Positions 53,690 to 64,000 of a stretch of 64,000 nt of DNA are shown piece after piece (within the stretch, counting starts at the first letter, position 1; each line of letters begins with the position of its first letter). Source of the stretch: Eledone cirrhosa (taxonomy: Eukaryota). Both the position numbers and the translations under genes were made by a program. Under the pieces are notes generated by a model. The model worked only from the letters and a program-made list of their open reading frames with translations. It was not told the origin of the DNA and made no database searches. The stretch spans positions 229,462,001 to 229,526,000 of the forward strand of contig OZ024742.1 of NCBI GenBank assembly GCA_964016885.1, in the 5' to 3' direction.

Positions 53690-53975
53690 ATGTATAACGT
53701 AATTACATCGTAAAGGAATCATTCTACCCATTGAAGAAACAGAAAAACTCTTAAGTTTACATTTATCATTTATGTTTTGGTGTCAAAATTCTAACCGCAT
53801 TGTTAGCAATCTGTTCACTGACAAGTTGCTGTGGATTTGCGTCAGTGATCCCGTCGGAAATTTTTCAATTAAATTTTTGACACCAAGAAATAAATATTTA
53901 AGTGTATGGCGAAGTCAACAATTTTTGTTTGTTTTGAATATATAAAATGACTCTTCAACGATGTAATTCATTTAA
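53690..53975. repeat. degenerate fold-back/MITE
   Basis: Nested inverted blocks aattacatcgt/acgatgtaatt, ttggtgtcaaaa/ttttgacaccaa and tcactgac/gtcagtga. Confidence 0.6.
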
Positions 53976-54793
53976 TTTCGTGGTCGCAAATAAACCCACG
54001 GCCTAACTAAATACAACTTTGTCTAAAATGGCTATTCCACAATGTAATTGCTTAGATTTCAACACACGTTCTCAGTTTTGTACACGTTTCTACAACGCCT
54101 CAGCCTCGATTTATATGCTTTATTGGCTCCGAAACGGTGAGAGGTGACCTTGACTACTATGGTAATTATGGAGCTGTGACGTCCAAGCGATTCTACCAAT
54201 CTACCAGGTGAATCAACTGCAAATAGATTATGAGCAACTACAGCAACATAAATATTACAAGCCACAAAAACAACAGTAGACGCAAACTCAAAAATATTTC
54301 AAGCAGCAAAACAGCAGTAGAATGTAACAAAAGAAATACTAGAAGCAAGAATAGAATCATTCTCAACAACAGGAAGAAAATACCTAAATATAAACATTAG
54401 CGAAACCACGATACAATGAACTCACTGCACAAATAATATTTGCTCATAATAGGTCATTTCGAATTTTCAAGTCGTTCTAATTCAAACAAAGTTTTATTTT
54501 TACGGTATGTCTGTCGCTGACTTCACCATGTTGCCGTTAGAGATAGTATGGTCGTAGGTCGTATCCCACATAAGAAGTTCGCCACTTAGGAATTAAAAGG
54601 CCTTGATGCTGGCTGACGTCTTTGCTTCTCCCTCTATCTAATCACGTTAGCAGCCAGCCCCGTCTAAACAGAGTTTAACGATCTCATTAAGAGGGGCATG
54701 TCATTGAAATCAACCGATGTTGAGGCGGTTTAACAGCAAGTAGAATCGAAAGGTAACCATGTATACAACGTTTCAGACATCTCTTCTTGTCGA

Positions 54794-55145
54794 TATTATG
54801 GACAGAACATTTTCTGAAACGATTTATGTCGAAAAGGATTCAGACAACTGTATATTTCCTGGAAAGTATTTCCTGGAAAGTATTTCCGGAAAAAAATGTA
54901 TATGAGTCTCCATCGGTTATGACTACTTTATTTGTGTTTTCGACTGGAAAGATCCTCGCCATGGCGCAAGGTTTCTTTGTGGAAGACCAAACGTCCCCCG
55001 GGAAATTCAAGTCTTCTCTTATCAGATTATCGTCGTCGACCATGGAGAAGACAACATACTATTCAGCTTGACACCAGTGACGTCCAATGTGAGCTCAGAA
55101 CACAACGGACCGAAAGATCCCATTATCTAAATATTCTGTCAATCC
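54794..55145 (-). pseudogene. possible decayed host-type ORF, lipocalin-like motifs
   Basis: One frame with two stops and a 14-bp duplication frameshift reads ..HIGRHWC...KVVITDGDSYTFF...EIYSCLNP. The resemblance is at motif level only. Confidence 0.2.
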
Positions 55146-56111
55146 ACCGCACTGGACTGGTTCTCAACGCCGAAATGTTTGAAGTTAAAGTTGACTGCAA
55201 CGGGATTCGAACTCAGAGCGCAAAGGACCAACACAAACACCGTGAATTTGCCGCTTTTTGAAAAAGTAATTCAAGTATAAGATAAAGCAAAAATTGATAT
55301 CAATTGAAATTTGTTTGCTGAAATATAAATTCAGTCCCGAAGGAAGATAACATTTAGAAAAGAGTTTATAGTGAATATGATTGGCGTCATCTTAAGAAGA
55401 ATATCTATAAATATTTATCATTAATCTATTAATTAAATATCACTGGCATTTCTTGGGGGAGATGTTTCTTATCGTGTCATCTCGGGGCAAAAGATTTCAC
55501 TGTTCCATGATAGTATTAGTAAATTTAAACGTATACCTATATCAAGTGAAGCGCAGTTGTGCAAATGATTAATTAATAGAATATCTCCTGTTTAATAAAA
55601 AGAAAATATACTGGATTTGAAATACATCGTACTTCTTATTTGTGCCAACCAATCTTTAGTTAAGATAATAAATCTTCCATTAGAAAGAATAAACAGAGAA
55701 TTTTAATTTTGTCAAACGTTTTGTAACTTTAGTTATATTTAATTCACTTCGAAATATATATATATTCGTTTCTATGTTCGTTTCTTTATAAAGATGTGTA
55801 TCTCGATCTGTTTCTCTCGGATTCACACGTTCCAACTTCGAGTTAATTCTGTACACAAATATCGATAAAAACTTGGTAATGTATCAAGCTAGATACTACA
55901 AAAGTAAATGGTTGTTTAACAATTTCATACATCAACTGGGATCTTTATTTGCAAAGGAAAATAGGAGAAAGCTAATTAATTTAGAAGCGATATATCTCTC
56001 AAGTTATCTCTACCTTATAAATGCCGCAGGATATCATTGAAGTATACGGTCACTAGATATAGAGATTAATGGCTATTTTCCGTGTATCAATTGCCAGATC
56101 ATCCGTGTTAC

Positions 56112-56177
<66 letters not shown>

Positions 56178-57247
56178 GGGGGGGGGAGAGAGAGAGATGT
56201 GACCTTCTGAAAATCTGTGCTACTGTTTTTGTTCATGATTGTGTGTAATAAAACGTTGTACTTGTCATTGTATGTGTGTATTTTTAAACGAGTGTGAGAT
56301 AATATATTTCGATAACCTTAAACGTACTTTTTATTTATTTGTTCTATATGACAACTCAACAACGTGTTCCCGACCTCTCAGTATGTGTGTAACAAACTTA
56401 GTAATTGTATCTGTATTATGTGTATGAATTTGAATTAGTTTTCAAAGAAATCTGTGACAGAGTGCTTTTTTGCCAAGGCTTTGTGTGAATTGAAGATTGG
56501 GCAGAACAAAATTAACCTCACTTTTCAGGCATCAGGCTTTTCTGACATCTCCTTTTCTAATTGATTTATAGAAGATTCCATTTCTTTCTTTCAAATATTA
56601 TTCTGTAATTCATAGCGTTAACTTAACAAATTGAGAATGGCAAAGGCCACCATTGAGTTGATTACTGCATAAAGACTATGTCACTGCATGATTTAAAAAA
56701 AAGAAAATAACAATCCTTTGCTATTGAAATTCTTTCAATATTATTCTTTAATGAAGGTAATGGACGTCATTTATAGACTAAAAAGGATCTCAGTAACAAT
56801 ACATCATTTGAAGTCGCCTAAGTCCCTCATTCTATTTCCAGCTGCGATTACAATCGAGGCATCAACGTCGACAAGTAATATGTCCCTTTCCTTTAATTTA
56901 GTCTTCCCATCCTTAGAGAACATTCTCAAATCACTCTACTAACCCCTATTAGTTCCTGTTCTTTCCGAGGAGTTTCCTGGTAAATTTATTTTCCTTGTAT
57001 TTATTTAATATTGTGTGTAAAATATTCATTTTCAGATATTTTCTGCGTTCTTTTAAATTGATTTTTTAAGAAATCTAAAGCAAACATAAATAGGAAAAGA
57101 GAATGGGGATAGCAAATGCAAACTACTTCTGCGTTTTAAACAAATGGATCGAATACTGCAAACATTATATCCTTTAAAATATAAAGGATCAAGATAAAAT
57201 ATAAAGGATCAAGATAAAATATAAAGGATCAAGATAAGTTTGGATAT

Positions 57248-57957
57248 CTTCTTCTTCTTCTTCTTCTTCTTCTTCTTCTTCTACGCTTATTTATTCCTGA
57301 GAGAGTCATGCGGGCAGAGTGCTCAAACACACCTGTCAGAAGCAACCGTCTCCAACTGATCCGATTGGATCCACAAGCGAGACAAGCCAAACATCTTGCT
57401 CGGGATCTACTACTGGGTCACATGTCGGTTGATTTTGCTTGTAAAATATGTCCTGCAATTCTTTCCTGAGACATTCTAACCACATGCCCATAGTATCAGA
57501 GCTGTGATCACTCAATTCGGATAAATAGTGGTTCTACCTGGATTGATTCCGAAGACCATTCGGAAGAACCCCATTCCGACCGCTTGCATTCGCGATCGTA
57601 TTCTTTCGGTCATTACCCAAGATTCATGAACATAGTTAAGGGTTGGCACGTGTACCGAATTGAAGATAGAGAGTTTGCATTTGATGCCTACCTCCCTTCT
57701 TCTGAATACTGAATGCTGAATCTGGTGTATTACTGCACCAGCTTCTGCAATTCTTGCACTTAATTTAACTTCCTGCCTTCCATCACTCGTCAACAACATC
57801 GGTAACCACTGAGCCGTAGGTTTTATGTCAGAGTTAACCCAGTTTCCTGAGTTGCCTTCTCCTAGAAGAATGCCCTGACAAAAGTAGAGGTCCTTCACTC
57901 CCAGTGAATTAACCGCGCGATCGGGTATCCAGCCCGATTATTTCTATGTCTCCGCAC
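57248..57957 (-). mobile_element. chimeric/deleted RTE-group element with (AAG)n tail
   Basis: A type B head (57830-57957) is joined to SDGRQEVKLSARI...KLSIFNSVHVPTLNYVHESW...MGFFR and ends in (AAG)n. Confidence 0.7.
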
Positions 57958-58021
57958 ATATACATACACAAGCATACATGTATATATATATATATATATA
58001 TACATACACACACACACACAC

Positions 58022-58052
<31 letters not shown>

Positions 58053-58058
58053 TATATA

Positions 58059-60256
58059 CGTGGGAAAGCACCCGTAGGATAGAGAACCTTAACAAACATA
58101 TACACAGGTTCTTCAAGTCATACGGCCTATCCTTAACTATGGACCTCAACCACAGGGTTGTCAACTTCCTGGACGTGACCCTGGAGTTGAGTACGGGCTT
58201 ATACAAGCCATACCATAAGCCTGGAGATTGCCTCTCTTATATTAATTATGCCTCCAACCACCCTAAGCAGACTCTCAACTCCATAGTCTATAGTATCTCA
58301 CATAGAATCTCGAGGCTATCCGCCAATGAGGATATCTTCAACCAAGCGGCAGATTACTACAATAGGGCCTTGATAATCGCCGGCTTTAACCGAGGAATTT
58401 CCTACATCCCTAACGCTACCTCTAGAAACGACCCCCCTCATAAAACGAACGTTATAGTAAGCCATACCTATAACCGATCACGCGGCGACCTCGTTGAAGT
58501 CGGATATAATAGAATAGATAACCGCACTAAATATCACGACCCCGGCGACGGTGAACACTGTAGATTACTCGAACTATTCCCCTATTACAAAACCAACAAA
58601 GGCGACGGCCTACTACCAACGCCTTCCAACCAACATCTTCGTGTACATAAACATGGTAGAGGTAGGAAGAGTGCACCCGAGCATAAAGTGAAAGGGGCAC
58701 CGAACGGGCGACTGCGCATTAACAAACATAAGAGCGGTCACCTAGATGGAACCGCCCGTAGCAAAAGTACAAGGACACATAATCGCCACCGTAACGTCCT
58801 ATGGTTCCACCTCCACCCCCCTACTCTCGGAGTGTGGCCTCCAACATACCCCGGATGTTCTTCGAAGTCTTAGAGAAGAACTTCCCGCACAACCATAGGT
58901 ATAGAAAAATTCTTATTAGGAACAATATAAAAATATCCTTCTCTACTACTCCTAACCTAGCAGACATCATAGGAACAACGAACCACAGTAAGATCACCAA
59001 GACACAACACCTCGACACAGACGCACCTACACCTGACAATAACTATATCGGCCTTAACAACTCCCTGGCAGCATCCAATAGTGTTGGCAACGGCATCCGC
59101 AGACGCAACCAGCATAACCGCGAAATGACTGGGGAACATGCAGGACATGACGTGCGGAATAACAATCGCACCACGCCGCGTGCTGTGGGTTGTAATGGTG
59201 CTAACGACAGCTGCGGTAGCGAAGGTAACAACGTACGCAGCAACAATGATAGCCTTACCGTGGGAAATAGACGGAACCGCGACATAAATTGCAACTGTCG
59301 CGACAGAGGACGCTGCCCCCTTAGAGGGTACTGCTTGACTGATAGAGTTATATATAGATGCACTATTACTAGCCACAATAGCGTTATACATTATATAGGG
59401 GCTACCTCCGGCCCGTTTAAAATTAGGTTTCGAACACATCTCCACTCTTTCACAAATAGAAAACTAAGGCACACACTTCGCTCGCGGACTACATCACATC
59501 ACTAAAGGACTTAAACATCAGCTTCTCCACGCACCGGGAGATTGTCGGCAGGGCTGCACCGTACAACTTCAAGAGGAAATGCGATCTTTGCCTCATGGAG
59601 CTCTACCACATCATAACTGCACCCCACGAGCTGATGAACAGCAGAGCTGAAACAGCGATAAGTTGTACACATCGCTTTAAAATATCCTTCTTCAGATGGG
59701 TTAAGGATGAGGAGTGAAACCGTACACCGGATCTCCTTGCAACAGGCAGGGAGATCCGGTGTACGGCAGCCGCTTCAAAATAACACGCAGGAAACAATCC
59801 TTGCATACCAGACCCAGCCTCGGACAAACAGATGCGGATAACAAATTTGTCCGGGAAAGACTGTCCTAACACCGGCCAGAGTTACCTCCCTTGACCTGCT
59901 GCAAAATCAAAACAAGCTATTTTTGCGAGCAATGAACCTTGATGTGGATTTAACCCCCAAAACTCTTTCCGAGCAATATAAGGAACACTTTTGATTATTA
60001 TGCCCTTGAGAAGCCCAACTGGGCGAAACGTACGTAGGTGCTGTTTTAAATAAACATGTTTTAACGGTCTATTCTCCGATTTTTTACTTTCCCACTTGCT
60101 TACGCTCTGCTAACTCTCTAGCCCACTAAATATTAACACTTCGAATATTTAATACTGCCGGCACTAGTATCGAGCACCTTTGGCATACGCTACTTGGCAA
60201 ATAACTATATGTATCACCTATCCTCCCCTTTTTTTCTCTTTCTCGATACGTAAATA

Positions 60257-60259
<3 letters not shown>
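58059..60259 (+). mobile_element. Naiad-like Penelope element, 5' truncated, in (TA)n
   Basis: Motifs are VNFLDVTL, YINYASNHP, LWF.PPYS, CNCRDRGRCPLRGYC (CxCx5Cx5C), VIYRC..HYIGAT..FKIRFRTH and CDLCLME. Frameshifts lie near 58810 and 59474 and the stop is at 59715-59717. Confidence 0.85.
60002..60041 (+). ncRNA. minimal hammerhead ribozyme (U3-A8) in the Naiad-like pLTR
   Basis: GCCC TTGAGAA GCCCA ac TGGGC GAAAC gtac GTA|GGtGC. Stem/loop III is palindromic (ACGTACGT) and the cleavage triplet is GUA. Confidence 0.75.
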
Positions 60260-60329
<70 letters not shown>

Positions 60330-60415
60330 TATGTACATATATATATATATGCATATATATATATATATATACATAAATATACTTACAAATATATATAAAT
60401 ACACACACACACACA

Positions 60416-60503
<88 letters not shown>

Positions 60504-60624
60504 GGAAAAGATTCAGGACCCCGTCTGCTGAGGTAGATCCGAATTTACAAGTTCGGATCTAGTTGTCGAAACAGCCGGAGCTCAGCCGTCGGGGTCCACT
60601 TGGCATCTTACCACATCTTCTTTG

Positions 60625-60742
<118 letters not shown>

Positions 60743-61164
60743 GATGACAGTTACCTCGCGCTCTTGTATAGCATTCGCTTGAATGTTTCACTCACGTTGT
60801 TGCATGTGTGTAGCTCGGATCTGTGTTTTTAGGCCAGCAAGTGTCCTACATTCTCTGGCACATATATTACAGACATCACCTTTGCCAACATGAATCGATG
60901 GCTAGTAGCCATGCACTAAATGTGCCGCTATATGATTTCTGCCAAATGGTAGACTTTACCAGATTCGTTGCAGATTGTTATACTATATGCCTTTTTTCAA
61001 TGGTTCCTTTTAGGACGTGTTAATGCAGCTTTGCTGAAGCAGCTCGTCTATATTCCTTGCATGTCACCTCTCGTTGGTTTCCCTCCTTTCCTGGCAATTC
61101 CGCTTTCAAGCTCTTTTTCACATTCCTTTTTAACCTTTCATAGTATCTTCAGGCCGTTTCAAAG

Positions 61165-61244
61165 ATATATGATTTCATACGAATCATATATAGATATATG
61201 ATTTCATACGAATCATATATAGATATATGATTTCATACGAATCA
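61165..61244. repeat. 29-bp tandem repeat (about 2.8 copies), each unit a hairpin
   Basis: ATATATGATT tcatacg AATCATATAT ag, repeated. Confidence 0.9.
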
Positions 61245-61988
61245 AATAGTTCTTTTCACTTAGAAAACATTTCTATACACGGCTAACGCATGGGGTACAC
61301 ATTTTTTAAACGGTGATCATCTACCTGCAGGGACAGTAGTATTAGAATATAGTTAACAACAGGAGAAGCAATGACAGAAAGGTTATGAGGAACTATAGAA
61401 AAAGTAGAAGTAGCAACATAAATATTACAATCTACAAAACAACAGTGGACACAAAAACAGAAATACTAGTAGCAAGAATAGAATCATTCTAAACAACAGA
61501 AATGAAATATCTCAAAAAATATTAGCGAAAACACAAAAACCAATTAGAAATTATCGTGATGATTAATAATAACTCTACACGCAAAACAGATAGTAAAAGT
61601 GTATTACACAGTCCAGCAAATATGACGTTATATAGCAGGCAGAAATAATGAAACAATTAATTGGTGGTGATATCGCCATTTCCCTCCTTGTTATTCTCAA
61701 TAACAATAATAGCCCAAGCTAAAGTCTGTAGAACACACAATGATATGAAAGACAGCCTCACAATTATTAACAATTATAAATATAATCGTTTCTAAAACAA
61801 CGTTAAATAAGGAAGTAAGGGCGGATTCTTCGTCGGTTTCCGCGATGAAGATGCCGTTGTTCTCCCAACTCAACGTTTGACATGTGAAATAGGATATAAC
61901 ATTTTTTCAGTATTGTACAGTCACCTATATATTCTTATTGTTAATCTCTTGCCAACTCAGCGTTAGAATATATCTCTCTCTCGCTTTC

Positions 61989-62051
<63 letters not shown>

Positions 62052-62171
62052 CATACACATATGGAGATATAAAAGATAGAGAAGCGAAAACCAACCCAAA
62101 CCAAACAGTGACTGTGTTTTGTTATTATTTCTGGCAATATTATAACAACATGACCCTCCCCAAGTATAACA

Positions 62172-62253
<82 letters not shown>

Positions 62254-63049
62254 GAAAGCGAAGGCTTGTAATCGAGTATGACTTGATAGTATATATCACA
62301 ATTTCGCTAAGTGATTTAGATGCCCATGCAGTCAGTAGACACCCTCTTGTCTCTCTTTCTTTTGATCCAACTGATCTATCGAATAGCTGGTGAAAGAGCT
62401 CTATACAAACAATGAGTTGGTATTTTTGTTATCGCTCCCGAAAATGTCAAAGAGGAAGTGGAGCTCGGTTCATTTTGAACTCAGAACGCTGAGACGGGGA
62501 ACAAATATCGGACGTTCTACTGAGTACACTATACCAACGGCTTTATACAAATACCACCGCACTTAGGCACACACACACAAACACACACAGCACACACACG
62601 CACAAACACACACACATATGAATGAATTATTGATAGAGCGTCAGATAAAATACCTTCTGGTATGTCACCGTGATTTCAAATCGTATCGAGATAAATATCA
62701 TTGCTAGTCCATGTACCCATTAATTTGTGATTTATTACTCGTACAGAACAAAGGATACAATTGCATTACTTTTATATATTTTCATTTAAATGATTATTTC
62801 GATGAGAAATTCTAAGCCAATTTTGAGTCTTTATCGCATGAAAATGCACCTTCACGACATTCTGGAAAATAGAAATGACTTTACACTAATACTATAAATT
62901 ATCACAACAAGCAATCTACCAGATACCATTTGAATTGAAAACGCTTTCTAGGGTGTTCTCTGTTAAATCAGTACAGAATGTTAAGAGTTAAATCCATAAT
63001 ATACTTTAATGGAAACAAAATATTGATTTTCTGTATTTTTCTTTTTACA

Positions 63050-63770
63050 CCGTGTAAAGATTTAGCAGAAAATATCTAATATCATACATATTAATTCAAA
63101 TGTTTAGAGTGGCTTTACTAAGAGAGAGGTCATTGTGGAATTTTGCATTATTAAAGCAAGGCCTTCAGATTTTAATGTTCTGAAGGTAGTGTGTTGTTTT
63201 ATACATTTCAAGAATGTTATACTAATATTGATTCATACACTTCAGAATGTTAAACTTTATGCTGCCCGTAGAATATGTGGCTTTGATAGCTATTTAAAAT
63301 ATAATTAGATAGTATATATTTGACAAATAGCTATAAGCGTTAGGTTTTCTGTGAAACCAGCAACTTGTTTATAAGTGTTTCAATATTCACAAAAAATTAT
63401 GGATCATATTATCGGAAAAGACAAGAAAGATATTGACTAGATATGGGTATTTTACACAAATAGCGACACAGACATTATGTGTACTAAAAAAAGAGGTGGA
63501 AAAGAACTAATGGTGTGCAGAGACAGCATTAAAACTGAAGAAAATAACATGGCGTGGTACATAAAATATTCCACAGAATTGTTGTTGCTTGAAGTACGAA
63601 GGTCAGGCTGTACTAAATAGAAACTTGCAAAGAAAAAAACACAGAATAAGCATTTGAAGATGGGTGAAACTGAAATTGGATGGACAGAAAAAAATAATGT
63701 ATGGGCAATTCCACAGAGAATTTGAAGATAAGACAGACAGAGAAAAAGATGTTTATAGATGGCTAAACAA
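63050..63770 (+). mobile_element. highly decayed R4/Dong-type LINE fragment
   Basis: KKRGGKELMVCRDSIKTEENNMAWYIK and KIMYGQFHRE...YRWL resemble the post-RT region of R4 elements. Confidence 0.5.
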
Positions 63771-64000
63771 TAACAACATCAGCGATATAAATAAAAGTCG
63801 TGTACTTGTCGGTCACACACTAGAAATGAGAGAGGAAGGAAGGGGAGGCAGCGTTTAACATTCGCTACGCCTGTGTGCGCATATGTAAAGCGAATAGGCA
63901 ACACACATTGGCTGTTATGATTATGTGAGTGTTTGTGTATGTGCATATGTGTGTTTGTGTAAATTATATTTATATATAATATTTGTGTGAGTGTATATGT

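Noticed and set aside
59632-59660. CTGATGA-acagcagagct-GAAAC hammerhead-like string
   Set aside because: It lies in the coding motif ELMNSRAE, with no stem I or NUH site.

Overview
AT-rich, microsatellite-laden eukaryotic (animal) DNA with no intact host gene that I can recognise. The SINE families and repeat landscape suggest an octopod cephalopod (inference). Most short ORFs in the track are translations of (TA)n/(CA)n/(TGTA)n. The real coding content is retroelement. It comprises a Penelope-like element (PLE; RT + GIY-YIG) with a 1.3-kb inverted arm (7.9-12.9 kb), a Naiad-like PLE (58-60 kb) and several PLE/pLTR remnants. It also includes two R4/Dong-type LINEs, a young RTE LINE with three C-terminal zinc fingers plus its non-autonomous derivatives, and L1/Tx1-like and CRE fragments. 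tRNA-derived SINEs and MITEs are abundant. The main hidden signal is RNA-level: about 15 minimal type-I hammerhead ribozyme motifs on both strands. Six lie within 3.9-5.9 kb. The best of them (5846-5895, minus strand) has an intact core and a GUC cleavage site, and sits next to duplicated octamer motifs, as in a satellite-2/retrozyme-like unit. Other copies show C3-G8/U3-A8 covariation. Many of these short elements form fold-back palindromes inside (TA)n. All calls are by eye; no searches were run.
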